A stretch of 64,000 nt of DNA from Paraspadella gotoi (GCA_051294375.1 CM119271.1:3883102-3947101); one strand, 5' to 3'. Shown: positions 42,201 to 56,091, counted from the stretch's first letter. Made by a program: numbers and translations. The notes: generated from the sequence alone by a model not told the origin.

Positions 42201-42846
42201 TGGTTAAAAGTTTAAGAAACATGGTTTAGTTAAATATTATGGATAAATATAAAAGAGGTGTCCTCTCGAGTAAGAGAGCAATTTCTTTTCTCACTCATTT
42301 TGCCATCTCCATCTCTCAAACCCTTCTTTTTTCCTTTTATATTTTTGGATCTTTTTGAGAAAAAGAAAAAAAAAATAATCGGCGCCAACGGACAAAGATG
42401 CAGTCAGCAATTTTTTTTTTCTTTTGACGTGAGAAAGATAACGGGATCCGCGTTGACGACGACGACGACGACGACGACAACGTGACTAAAAGAAAGTGTA
42501 TTCACAGTCATTATTTGTTTTTAAAAAAAAGAATTCTCAATCTCAAAATAAATACGAAGTTTATAAAAGATTATTTAATAACACAATACGACATACTAAA
42601 ACAAAGGACGATAAAATTCGACGCCATTTTCTCTCGGAAGGTGAATGGTAACGACAAACAACGACGCCGATAACAACGACGACTGACGACCTCGACGACC
42701 GACCAAGACGCAAATATGAGAGACAAAAGGATCTTTTTTTTTTCATTTCTTTCTTTTAACGATGGTCGTAAAGGAAAACACCCGGTTAAGTCAACCGGAA
42801 GAGAACAATGCGAAATTGGAATCAAGGATCAGAAGAGGAAAAAATC

Positions 42847-43800
42847 GACGACGACCGACCGACCGATTGATTAATAATTACTAAACCGGACCGACCGATT
42901 GATTTAATACATTACTAAGACCGACCGACCGATTGATTAATAATTACTAAGACCGACCGATTGATTAATAATTACTAAGACGACCGACCGATTGATTAAT
43001 AGAATTACATAGACCGACGACTATATACAAGACCCGACCGATTGATTAATAATTACTAAGGACCGACGACCGATTGATTAATAATTACTAACGACCACGA
43101 CGATTATAAAATTACTAGAGACCGACGACCGATTGAATTAAATTACTAGACCACCGACCGATTGATTTAATTTACTAAGGACCACCGACCGACCGCATTA
43201 TTAATAATTACTGAAGACGACGACCCGACCGATTGATTAATTAATTACTAGACCGACGACCGATTGATAATACTCAAGAGACCGACCGATTGAATAATAA
43301 TTACTAAGACCGACGACCGATTGATTAATAATTACTAAGACCGACCGATCCGACCGGATGATTAATAATTACTAAGGACCCGACCGACCGACCGACCGAT
43401 TGATTCATAATTACTAAAGCCGACCGACCACCGACTTGATTAATAATTACTAAGACGACCGACCGATTGATTAATAATTACTAAGACTGACCGACCGATT
43501 ATATTATAATTACTAAGACCGACCGAGAGGTTGCTGGTTATAATTAATTTCTTTGAAAGAGCCGACGCAGAACGCCGGAGAGAGACCGGATTTGATTAGA
43601 GTAGATAATTAACCTAATGACGACCCGACCGACCGGACCGATAGATTCATTATTTACTAAGACGACGACCGACGATTGATCTAACATAATTACTAAGAGA
43701 CCGCGGAGACCGAGACCGATTGGAATGATAATAATTACTGATAGGCAGGGACCGAGAGCACGAGAGACGACCGCATTGATATAATAATGACTGAAGAGAG
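42847..43800. repeat. Satellite array 1, unit ~ (GACC)2-3 GATTGATTAATAATTACTAA
   Basis: Tandem ~28-32-bp units, becoming increasingly noisy after ~43525. Confidence 0.9.
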
Positions 43801-44276
43801 ACCGATCCGAAGACCGGAAGAGAGAGAGAGATGTGAGTATGAATAAGTGTACTAGACGAAGAAACCGACGCGAGTGAAATGGAAAGTGCATGGGCGAGCC
43901 TGTATTTCGTATCTTTTAGATTTAAAAATCTTTGTGGAACAAATGTAATGTTTCTTTTTAAAATATATGATTGACCCTGCGATCGATAAAACTCCCAAAA
44001 AGAACCACCGCTGTGACTTATTCGGTTTGAATAACAAAGATGTCGAAGATGCTTTCGATCACAACAACGATATCAAAAGGCTTATCATACTTTTCAAAAT
44101 AATTTAAACATTTTTGAGGGTATGCAATGTTTCCGTTCTTAGGCAAGGTTTTTCGTTAACTTTCTAAAAAAAATATAAACTATTTTCGGGTTTACGATCG
44201 CAGAAAAAAATCCAAACCCTTACTCCTAAATGTAATATAGGTTGTATCAATTTCAAAAAGCGAAATATGAAATAGT

Positions 44277-46700
44277 TTTAGTTAAAAGGCGGTAAACCAG
44301 AAGGTCCGCCCTTAGATCTTTTGATTTTTAACAAACCATCGAGCAACAAAACCTAAATAGGCCAGGACCAATTGGGACAGACCGACGGCACCCCAGAAAC
44401 TTACCCAACGCTACAGCACCCGCACCGGCCGAACGGGACCCGACCCGACCCCGACAAAACGTCGAACGAGTACTCGCGGCCGCACACCCTAATGAATTGA
44501 AAAAAGTTGTTCTTTTAACCCGTCATTCTCACACCTTAGCACCACGAAAAAGTATATAATTATGAATAACAATTTAATTTTCATCAAATGGAGAAGGCCC
44601 AGTGACGAGCTACAAACAAACAAAAAAAACTTTTTTTGCCAGTTGCGACTTAATTCTTCTTCCTACAGTCGCGAAAAAAGTAACTCAAAATAACTAAAAA
44701 AAAGTTTACGAACAATGTAAGTCGAACATATCATCTATCGGCTTTTTTTTTTTTTTTCTTTTTGTTTATGTACATCGCACTGCCTCTCCTCCATTACTGA
44801 AAATTAAATTAACGTTTTTCCCGCCCGCCAAAACCCACATTAAATGCCCACCCGAACCCTCCCCCCTCCAAAACACAATCATAACCTCCACACACAACCA
44901 CGTAACGACACGCCACTTGCCGACTATTTAGACCCTACGCGCGTTCCCCTACGTCGCCACCCCGCGCTGCATCCTACGCTCAATTCTGACCCGTCCCTAC
45001 GGGCCTCCGGGGCCCTTCAAAAAGCTTCTCCCCCCACTCTGATTCCGCCACACCGCGGTTTGACCAGGAACGGCCGCTTGCGTCTCGCACGACTTGTTAA
45101 AGGTTTCTTCCCTGCCGCGCGCCAGCACGCCCCCATGAGCTGCAGACCACGCCAGCCAGCCCCCAGTCGCCGAGAATTTGCCCTATTCTGGCCGAACATC
45201 CGTGACTCCGGACGTCCTCTAGGACATGTTTGAACCCTGCCATTCTTCCTCAGGGTAATGGCCCCCGCCCCCAGGCACCGGTGCTTCTCGCCTCTTAGAG
45301 ACCGTCTTCACCATCCGACCCTGCCTTCAATCTTGCGGGCAAGAAAGGCACGTCCGGTCTCCCCCGAAGCAATATGTCACCCTCCTAGAAAATCAACAGC
45401 CGGATCGCTGCCTCTTCTTTTTTCTCCCCGTCTGGGTACGTATTTCTTTTTACCATAAACAACCTACAAGTACGTCTTACCGCTCAGCTCACCTCTCCTG
45501 ACACTATTCTCAAATTCATTCGTTTGCTCTCGCGCCCTCTAGCATTACTCTCATGACTTAACCTAACTCAGCCCTTGATATTGCAGAATAGCAAATACTA
45601 CAAAAGTCTTCTTCCTTAGACGTTTGCCGCGATGCAAGAACGCAACTCAGGCGAACACACTTTCCTTTGGCTCTAACGCAACCATATCAATAGATAAAGT
45701 TCTTTAACAACTTACCTACCACTAGCACTAGCTATCGTCCTGTTTACACCATCGCTCGCACTTCTTCGGCATCAGAACCAATCTAACTGACAAACATATC
45801 TAATCTGACCATACTCGCCTTTTCCTTCTCATTTCTCTCCCTCCGGCCCGCTTACACCTTATATCCAAAATACTATTACACGACTAATATAACAATACAA
45901 ATCTAATTTTTCTAAGAGTCCCATGACCTTGCATCGAGGCACTCCACACGTACCTCTCAAATTCACGAAAAAACCAACCATCCACCCCGCGGAATATCCA
46001 CCTGCTGCCTCCCAGTACAGACACCCCCAATCGTCCCGTCCGGGCACATCACCGCGCCCACTGCGTCAACATCGGGCCAAACGCAGGCAACACCAGCATA
46101 CACACGGTTCTTCCGGGATCCCCCCAGCCGCCCGCCGCAAATACGTCCTCAATCATATGTAGCCGGCAGCTTAAGGCCAGACTGACCCAACAAAACGCGC
46201 GAAGTAAAACACCATTGACGACGGCGCGGCAGGGAGGTAGGCAACGGGAGAGAGAAAAGCAGAGAGAGACGAGAGAGAGACGAGAGAGCATGAGGGCGGA
46301 GATTGATACACGATGACGAGAGGCAAGAGATCGAGACGATGACGAGGACGGAGAGCAGAGAGAGACGAGACCGAGATATCTCGATCAGCCCGAGGCAGCC
46401 CATACGACCGCAGACGAGGAGCAGACAGAGACTCTCACCCCGGCCACCGGTGCCCGAAGCCCGTTTCGTCGGAATCGGGAACCCGATAAACACCCCAACC
46501 GGTGACGGCGACTCAAAAGTGGGGGGGATCCGTGCCGACGAAGAGAGACGAGCCGAGAGACGAAGCGAAGCCGAGAAAGCTGATCGTGGCGGCGGAAATG
46601 AGAAAAGAAGCATTTCTCGCGAGACTAACACGACATTTAGAACCGATAGCAAGCCATATATTGACAAACTTGCCTACAACTTACATATAATCAAAACAAA
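44277..46700 (-). other. Error-rich inverted copy of ~54330-56000 (probably uncorrected long-read sequence)
   Basis: Ordered reverse-complement matches: the HINE (44285-44490 vs 55842-55997), the palindromic MITE (44572-44810), ttgttaaaggtttctt (~45093 vs ~55418) and gacggcgactcaaa (~46504 vs ~54455). The stretch is inflated by scattered insertions. Confidence 0.75.
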
Positions 46701-47175
46701 AATCTTTCGTTCGATCAATTCTGGCACCCGGATACTGTATTATATTAACAAAAAAATACACAAATAATTGATGTACGGCCGACGACAGTGAAAGACTTTA
46801 NNNNNNNNNNNNNNNNNNNNNNNNNTCTCGCTACACAATTATTTTGTATTTGTAATATAATACCATATCCGGTCCAGAATTATCGAACGAAAGATTTTTT
46901 TTATATATTAGTNNNNNNNNNNNNNNNNNNNNNNNNNATTTTTCTCGAGAAGGTGAAATGGTAACCGTACAACAACCGACGCCGATAACAACGACGAACT
47001 TGACGACCTCGGACGACCGAGCCAAGACCGTAAATATGAGAGACAAAAAGGATCTTTTTTTTTTCTTTCTTTTTTAACGATCGTTCCGTAAAGGAAAAAC
47101 CCGGTTAAGCTCAGCCGAAGAAGAACGGAATGCGTTAAATTGGAATCAAGGATCAGAAGGGAGGAAAAAAAGAGG

Positions 47176-49842
47176 TCGACCGGCCGACGCGGAGCGGATT
47201 CCGATTGATTAATAATTACTAAGTTACTGACCAGATTTGGATTAATAATTACTAACGAACCGACCGCGCTGATTGATTAATATTACTATGCAACCGACGA
47301 CCCGATTGATTAAATATACTAAGACCGGACCGACCGATTGATTAATAATTACTAAGAACCAATGCGACCGATGATTAATAATTACTCCAAGTTTACGGTT
47401 CCGACCGATCCGATTGACTCACTAGAGGAATACATATTTATTAGGTACGGACTCGAGTTCTCTCGATTGATTATCTAATACTGTAGATCAGCCTGTCGAC
47501 CTCCGAGAGACCAACCGAGTCTTGAGTTATAAGTTCACTCACTCAGCGTTCGCGCTGTATACCTGAGCGGTATCAAGATCGATTCGTCATTGATCACCAG
47601 GGGAATGACTTAATAATCCTACTAGATGAAACCCGAGACTGACCCGAGTTGATCTAATAATTACTTAAGACGAAACCGAACCGGACTTGATTAATTAAAT
47701 TACTAATGCACCGGGACCGATAGCCGAGTGATTAAATAAGTACTAAGACCAGAAGCCAGACCGATTAGATTAAGTACATGGATGACTAAGAGATCCGGAA
47801 GTCGTCAATCCGAGCCGATTTCGATTTGATTACACATAGATGGACTAAGACCGACGCGACCGAATTGATTAATAATTATTAAGACGACTCGACCCGAGAT
47901 TGATTAATAATTACTAAGACCACCGATAAGTGGTCAGTCCGATATGAGTTCCCAACTAATATACTCAGAAAGACCGACGAATCCCCGATGTGGAAATTAT
48001 AATTACTAAAGACCGAGTCTGACCGATTGATAATAATTACTAAGACGGCGATGCGCGACCGATTGGATTAATTAATGTACTAAGACCTGACCGGATTGAT
48101 TAATAGGGATTACCTAAGACCTGACCGAGACCGATTGATTAATAATTACTAAGACCCTAGAGACCGACCGATTGATTAAAATTACCTAAGACCGACGCGA
48201 ACCGATTGATTAATAATTACTAAGACCAATCGACGCGATTGATTAATAATACTAAGACCACGATCCGTACCCGATTGATTAATAATTATTAAGACTGACC
48301 CGACCGGATGATTAATAATTACTGAAGTACCGACCAACCGATTGATTAATAATTTACTAAGACCGCCGACCGATTTGATTGTAATAGATTTACTGAAGAC
48401 CGACTGACGATTGATAATAATTATAGCTAAGACCGACCGACGGCCCGATTGATTAATAATTACTAAGACGCGACCGGACCTGCCCGGATTGGATTAATAA
48501 TTACTAAAGACACCCCGTTCCTAGGACCGAGATTCAGATCCGAATGTTAATAATTACTAAGGACCTGAGCCGATTGATTAATAATTACTAAGACCAGACG
48601 GGACGCGACCGAATTGATTAATAATATACTTACCGACCGAGCCGATTGATTAATAATTACTAAGACGCCGGACCGACCGATTGATTAATAATTATCTAGA
48701 CTAAAGACCAATCGACCGATTGATTAATAATTAACTAAAGACCGACCAGACCCGATTGGATTAATAAATTATTAAGACAGTGACAGCGAGCCGATTGATT
48801 AATAATTAACTCTAAGACGACGCGACAGACCGATGTGTGATGTAAAATTACTAAGACGCGGACCGACGGCCGATTGATTAATTAATTCTAGAACCCGGGA
48901 CTGACCGATTGATTAATAATACTAAGACCGAGCCGACGATCGATTTGATTAATAATTACCTAAAGACCGACGACCGATTGATTAATAATTTACTAAGACC
49001 GACCGGACCGATGATTATAAATTACTAAGACCGACCGACCCGTATCTGAGTTAATAATTACTTAAGAGACCCTGGAACCGACTGACCGATTGACTTCATA
49101 TTATCTAACTAGACCAATCGAATGCGCCGATTGAATTAATAATTTTACTAAGACCGACCCGACCGATTGGATTTAATTCAATATTAGACTGACCGACCGA
49201 TTGATTAATAATTACTAAAGACGTCGACGCAACCGATTGATTAATAATTACTCAAGACCTGACCGAAGCACGATTGATAATAATTACTGAAAGACCGACT
49301 GACGCGATATGATTAATAATTGCTAAGACGCGGACGCGATACGCCGATGATTAATAATCTAGCTAAGAGCGAACGACCTGACCGATTGATTAATAATTAC
49401 TAAGACGCTGGACCATCCGAAGGTCCGATTTGGATTAAATAATTTACGTAAGACCTAAGATCGACCGGATTTGAATTAATAATTTACTAAGACCTGACGC
49501 GACCGATTGATTAATAATTAATTAAGACTGACGCGCCGATTGATTTAATAATTACTAAGAGACCTACCGACCGATTGATTTAATAATTTACTAAAGACCG
49601 ATCCGAACCGATTGATTAATAATTAACTAAAAAGAACGACTGACCGATTGAATTAATAATTACTAAGACCGACCGAGCTCGCGATTGATTAATAATTACT
49701 AAGACCGAACCGACACGATTGATTTAATAATTACTAAGACCCGACAACCGATTGGATTAAATAATTACTAAGAACAACCAGCGACCCGATTGATTATAAA
49801 TTACTAGAGACGCAAACGCGACCCGATTGATTAATAATTACT
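47176..49842. repeat. Satellite array 2 (same unit, noisy)
   Basis: Dozens of CCGATTGATTAATAATTACTAAGA cores separated by GACC derivatives. Confidence 0.9.
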
Positions 49843-52160
49843 ATTAAGTACAGTAAGTGCTGTAGCCAGCTAAAAGACTTTCTGATCTCCATGAAGCATC
49901 CGTGTTTCATAACGAATGATGTATTTATTGTAGTAATGAAGTGAAGTAAGAACGTTCAAAAGGCAAATAGTAAGTTCATGTCAAATAATAATTGTTCATC
50001 TGAAGTAATAACATACTAAGTAGGCTCCATCGCGGGGAGTGTAGAAAACAGATGGTTCATAATTGTCGTTCATCTCTCGTCAGCGGGCGATCCCTGGCGT
50101 TCACTTAGAAGACTAGTACTGAACTTTTTTTACTTCGTAGGTACGTATTCACACAAATGGATCAGTGTTTATGACGTCGACGCCAAAGTATCCCGCAGCG
50201 CGTAACGATCTCTCTTAAACACTCGCCACCTGTACGTGAAAAACCGGACAATACAATACAAGAGAGATGCGTGCGCACCGCTGGACTTCGCCCTGTGGCC
50301 GTAGTACTTTTGCGGGCTGCAAACCGGATTCTATCCCTCTCTTGAAGAGTGCCAACAGGCCTCCTCTTGACGATCCCCATTGAGGCAACCATCCCGTCGT
50401 TGGATCAGCGTCACCTACTCCACCAGTGGCGCCCTTGTTGACCGGGATTGACGTCACCCGGCGTTGCCCTTCAGCATCACTCCTTGTTAGATGACCAACC
50501 GACTGCCCGAAACGTCGTTGTCCCGGCAACGCCCGTTTGACCGCCTTAGACGATGAACCAAGAATAGCCGCCGCGCGGAGTCGCGCTCCCTGACGACGCC
50601 TGCGAACGCCGACCCTGCCTCTTTGAACCTCTAGCCGCCGCGCGGCGTTCGTCTCCTCGACGAACACCTCGAAACGGCGCGCCGCCTTTTCCGACGACCT
50701 CTTTGAGATGGCGTCGCAAATAGCCGCCACCGGCATCGCCTCCTTGACGAAGCACTCGACAACGGGCCGGCTCTGCACCTTCGTTTGACGTCTCGAGTTG
50801 AAGCCCGTCAAGCCGCCGGCCGACATCGCCTCCTCAACGACGTCATCGAACGGCGGCTCTTCCTCCTCGTCGACGCTTCATCTTGGAACGTCCAAAGCGT
50901 CCGCCGGCATGTCGTCTCCCTTCGACAGACGCTCGAAACGGACGGCAGCAGCGCTCCGTTTTGACGGTCTCTTTCCTGACTGGACCCTCACGCCTCTGGT
51001 GGCGGCTTCGGTGCATGTCGCAAGTTATTGTGGGCGTATGCAACAGATTAATAAGGTGCATGGCTTGGGGTGTTTGAAACCGATTTCGCCTGCTACTAGC
51101 TGTCGGAACACTCATTTTTCCTGAACTCTATGGAGGGTCTTACTTTGAGAATGGTGATCCAGTCTTGGGTTTTTCTTGAAAGTCTCAATCTCGGTTCTCC
51201 TTTCTCCCCCTTCTTGTTTTTACAAGAATTTTTGAATTGAATTAGCGCCTACTTGGTAATAGAGGAACGAACAATTTGATAATCACGTTCCCTCGAAATT
51301 AACGGCATTTACAGAATGAATACAATAATACAATATGTACAAATCAGTCATTGTGGCGTACCAGATTTCATCTTGTACGTTGCTTAGTCTTCCGTTGCTC
51401 ACTATCCCTACAGCGGTCAGAATATAATCCTACTGCGCGTTGCTATGCAACCTGACTCAAATTCTTCATTGTCCTACTCGGCGCGTCTCTCTCGATACGT
51501 CTTCTTGAATTTTTTAATAAATTTTTCAAGTGTTTTTCCGTTCGTGTTTTTTCTTTTGCGTTGTTTAAATTAATTTTAAATTAAGTTTTGCATCGTTAAC
51601 TCGTTCGTTTAAATAATGTATTCGTACTCATGTTTTTCAAAAAAAAAATTTTTCTTTTTTCAGTGATTCATTTCTTTAATTATTATCTCCCGTCATTTTG
51701 TAACGTTGGTCATTGTTCGCGGCAATTCTAAAATACATTATCAATAACTAAAGGCACATGCCTCCAGGCCATATGACACAACGCGGCGTGGGTTTGGCGG
51801 TGCGGCTGCTGGAGGTGTCGACCCTGGCAATTTCACTCCATCGGCGCGCGACAGTTCAAGCTTAAAGTTTAAGACGACCTTCTTCCTTTCGTCGCCGTTT
51901 GGCCCAAGTCGGGTAAATTTTTTCTTGCAGGGGAGGAGGCGGCGGTGGACACCGGCTGTAAAGTGGGTGATTTTCTCTTGGTGGCAGGATTAGGTCGGAG
52001 GACGCGGTGGTGAGCCGTACAATTGCTCCATTCCAATGGGGCGGTCGAAATCGCTGGCCAAGGCGAAGATCCAACTGTGGCCATTGAGATTCTGTTCTGG
52101 GAATGTTGGCGGTCGCGGTGAGAAGGATGACATTTGCTATCAATCTTCTCGTACATACAA
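49843..52160 (-). other. Unique ~2.3-kb island inside the satellite with GC-rich, coding-like segments (unidentified)
   Basis: GC-rich blocks at ~50160-51020 and ~51760-52150, a 203-aa minus ORF and an AATAAA on minus at 49924-49929. No recognisable domain. Confidence 0.4.
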
Positions 52161-52665
52161 TACTAGACCGACCGGAGCCGATTGATTTAATAATTACTAA
52201 GACGCGGACTGATTGATTAATAATTACTAAGACCGACGCGACCGATTGATTACATAATTACCTAAGACCGACCGACCGATTGATTTAATAATTACTAAGA
52301 CGGCGACCGAACGCGATTTGGATTAATAATTACTAGACTGACCCGACCGATTGATTAATAATTACTAAGACGCGACCGATTGATTATAATTAACTAAGAC
52401 CGCGACCGACCCCGATTGATTAATAATTACTAAGATCCGATCCGATTGATTAATAATTACTAAGACCGACCGGCCGATTGATTAAAATTATAGACCCGAC
52501 CGACCCGATTTGATTAATAATTACTAAGACGCCGACCGACCGATTGATTAATAATTACTTAAGACCGACCGATTGATTAAATAATTGCACTAGACCGACC
52601 GACCGATTGATTAATAATTACCTAAGACCGGAACCGGACCAGAGATTGATTAATAATTTCTAAAG
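52161..52665. repeat. Satellite array 3
   Basis: Same unit as arrays 1 and 2. Confidence 0.9.
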
Positions 52666-53390
52666 AACGCCCGATCGCGATAAAGGTTGGGGGCGAGCCC
52701 GTTTTCCGATATCTTAGAAATTTGATTGTGTTTGGTGGAACAACTAGTAATGTTTTTTCTTAAATATATAGTTACACTATATCTAATCTATAGCTAATTT
52801 ACTATTAGCATTGCTTTCTTCCTCGTTTTTCTTGTTGTGGCTTGTTGCAACTGACCCGCAGCACTGACTCTCTCTATCCTTTCTCTCTCGTTCGTACAAC
52901 TCTTCTCTGCTATTTCCTGTCAAGGCCAATTTTCCTCTTATCAACGTGTCAGGCTTCTTCTTTACTTGAGGTGCTACGGTCGATTTGCTGGAAACAGATA
53001 GAAGAATCTCTTCAAAGAAACAAAAGAACAGGCATAACGGCAATATATCGTCCCTTAAAATATAATCAATTTGTCTCTTTAAGTCTTAAATCATGTCAAA
53101 AAATAGCGAGAAACACCATATAATTCTACTTACTCTCACGTCTCTCTCTCTCTCATCCTGCTCTCTCTCTCTCGCCCTCTCGCCTCTCCGTCCGCGTTGT
53201 TTACGTCGATTGACCCTGCGATCGATAAACTCCAAAAAAGAACCACGCGCGTGACTTAGTTCGGTTTGAATAAGCAAAGATGTCGAACGATGCTTCGATC
53301 ACAACAAGACGATTAGAAAAGGCTTATCATACTTTTCCGAAAATAATTTAAACATTTTGAAGGGTATGAATGTTTCCCGTTCTTAGGCAA

Positions 53391-54031
53391 TAAGGGCGCT
53401 AGTGAAAGTTACATACGAAAATTCTAAAAAGTTAATTATGAACAACATACCATGCAGAGAACAATTAATTTGTAAAAAAAATTAATTTTATTCTTTTTAA
53501 TTTTTCGCAGTAGGGCTATATTGTATATATAGTACTATCCTTATTGAAAATCGAAAATTTCAAAATTAGGCCTTTCTTAATTTGATTGCAGATTTGAATT
53601 CCTCGTCAAAAGTTGAGTATATAAGAAAATATAAATCCATTTTTAAAAAAATTCCTTTCATTAAGTGGGTTAAAAATTAAAAAACTATAGTTTAGCATAT
53701 ATAAAAGTTAATTTTCAGCTTAAAATATAGCTTTTTCTAATTTGACGCACTTAATAAGGAATTTTTCAAAAGGAGTTATATTTCTTTATCAACTTTTATG
53801 ACGAAATCCAAAATCTGCAAAAAAATCTTTAAAAATTGTTTTGAAATTTTAACATTTATTGGTTTAGTACTAAGTAAAAACAATGGCCTACTGCGTAAAT
53901 TGTAAATTTATTATAAATTTTTTCTATTATATAAATGTTCATCAATAGTAATAAGTATGTGCGTTTTCGTTCCTCACTTTTAGAATTTTAATTAAAGTTA
54001 AGAATTTAGAAATGTTTGACTAACGCGCTTA
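53391..54031. mobile_element. hAT-like MITE with an 8-bp TSD
   Basis: TTAGGCAA|taagggcgctagt...actaacgcgctta|TTAGGGCCAA (noisy). The cleaner end at 10200 reads taaggcgtagt. The empty site ttcTTAGGCAAggttttt is at 44139-44146. Confidence 0.75.
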
Positions 54032-55270
54032 TTAGGGCCAAGGTTTTTTCGATAACTTTCATAAAAAAATCTCAACTATTTTTGCGGGTTACGATCGCGA
54101 GAAAAAAAAAAATAAACCTTACTACTAAATGTAATATGGTTGTCCAATTTCAAAAGGCGAAATATGAAAATAGTTTAAGTTAAATATTTCAACGATCTCG
54201 CTACACAATTATTTGTATTTGTAATATAAATACACATCCGGTCCAGAAAATTATCGAAGCGAATGCTTTTTTTATATATTAGTTGTAGCAATTGTCATAT
54301 ATGCTCTATTTTCTAACAATGAAGGTATTGTTTTAAATTTCCTTTATACTCCGAGTAAATAGCTTCACTCATTTGCTCATTTCCCCAACGATCACTTGCT
54401 CCTTCGACTTCTGCTCGCTCTCTTTCGCGGCAACGTGTGGTATGAACACCGACTTTGAGTCGCCGTCGTCCGGGTTTATGCGGTTTCCGATTCGACGAAC
54501 CCTTCGCCCGTGGCGGGTGAAGTCTCTGTTCTCTCTCTCTCGTCTCTCTCCTCATCTCTCTCGTCATCTCTCTCTCTCTCTCAGCTGCGTCTCTTCATCT
54601 CCTCTTCTCTCACCCCTCCCTGCCGTCGGTCAATGTGTTTTTTTCTTCCCTCTGCTTTTTTGGGGTCAGTCTCTTACCCTCCATATGATTAAGCTATTTT
54701 TCGCCCGCCGAGAACACTTAGCCCCAGTTGCCAGTAGAATTCGATCGCCCTTTTTTACTGGACAATTGAATTCGTGATTTCGTGAATTAGGTACTGGCCC
54801 GGTCCTCCTCAATCTGTAAATGTAATTAAAATAAACTAAAAAAAATTAGATTTTGTATTTATAAATTCGTTATATATTGATATAGAATTAACGGGAAAAA
54901 AATGAAGAAAGACAACGAATATGCAATATGTAATTAATATGTTTGTATTATTTCCAATACAATTTGTAAACGACGCTAGACGCGGATGACTATGACTAGT
55001 TAATGAAAAAGTTCTTAAAATCTTTACCTATTATATTTCTTAGCCAAAGAAAGTTTCGCGCGCTAGTCTTCTGCTTCACAAACTATAAGGAAAAAAGAAA
55101 TTTTATATATCTGCGATAGTCATGATAATGCGACGCGAGCTAAATAACTGAATTTGAGATTATTAAAGTACTTAAAAGTACCTAAAAGTAACTTTTAGTT
55201 TATAAAAAATACATCAAACGTAGAAAAAAAAAGAGGCACCCGCTGATTCTTGAGACTCCTTTTTCCTAAG

Positions 55271-55525
55271 ATGAACAGTAAATGGTACGCTCAAAGCGAC
55301 ACCAAAGGCGGGGCCATTCCGAAAAATGCGGTTCAACTTCGCAGACGACGTTTCCCGATTCCAGACGCAAATTCTCCGAGCTGCTGCTCGTGTCTCCGCC
55401 AGCCATCGTCTGCGGCAAAGAAACCTTTAACAATTGCAAGACCAACGCCTTCTGTCAAACTGTGCACGTGGAAAGCTTTGAGGGCGAGCCCTACGGGTCA
55501 AAAATCTGCTGCCTAAATATCGCAA
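55271..55525 (+). CDS. Cys-rich exon with apparent frameshifts (sequence error or pseudogene)
   Basis: Acceptor ttttcctaag and donor gcaa|gtgcgt. Peptides MNSKWYAQSDTKGG.., ..ANSPSCCSC.. and PPAIVCGKETFNNCKTNAFCQTVHVESFEGEPYGSKICCLNIA are spread over two frames. Confidence 0.5.
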
Positions 55526-55593
55526 GTGCGTTCTTACTTTTTTTTTTGGAGGGGGGGGGGTTTCGGGTCATTTAATTTTTGCGGGGAAAACTT

Positions 55594-55781
55594 ATTTAAT
55601 TTCATAATGGAGAAGGCAGTGCGAGTACAAAAAAAAAAAAAAAAATTGCCAGATATTTTCGACTTTTACATTTTCTAACTTATTTTATTTTGATTATTTT
55701 CCGATTAGAAAATTAAGTCGCAACTGGCAAAAAAGTTTTTTTTTTTGTACTCGCACTGCCTTCTCCATTATGAAATTAAAT
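55594..55781. mobile_element. Palindromic mini-element (~190 bp)
   Basis: atttaatttcataatggagaaggcagtgcgagtacaaaaa and its exact reverse complement at the other end, plus further imperfect inner pairing. Confidence 0.7.
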
Positions 55782-55841
55782 TTATTCATAATAATACTTT
55801 TCGGTGCATGTGATGACGTGAAAAGAACTTTTCAATTTATT

Positions 55842-56065
55842 AGTTGCGCCGCGAGTACTCACTTTTCGGTCGGTCGGTCCGTCGGTATGTCTGTCCGTCG
55901 GTCTGTCCCACTAATATTAAAAACGCTTATAACTTGTTTATAGTTTGTTGCTCATTGGTTAAAAATCAAATCTAAGCGACTTCTGGTACCGCCTTTTGTT
56001 TTTTAAGTAAAGATAAGTAAAAAGAAAAGCAATGCGGCGCAATACCTTGGAATAACCGTTCCTTG
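55842..56065 (+). mobile_element. Short HINE/DINE-1-like element
   Basis: Sub-TIR pair ttgcgccgc ... gcggcgcaa, GTCG/GTCT repeat, 3' aataaccgttccttg then a T run. Confidence 0.7.
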
Positions 56066-56091
56066 TTTTTTCCAAAAAAAAATTCTCGGAG

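Noticed and set aside
44844-46767. GC-rich ORFs of 60-172 aa on both strands
   Set aside because: They lie in an insertion-riddled inverted copy of ~54330-56000, so the GC richness and open frames come from read errors.
47176-49842. CRISPR-like look: a constant ~24-bp core with variable spacers
   Set aside because: The spacers are short GACC derivatives with random indels rather than unique 25-45-bp sequences. There are no cas genes and the context is eukaryotic, so this is a noisy satellite.
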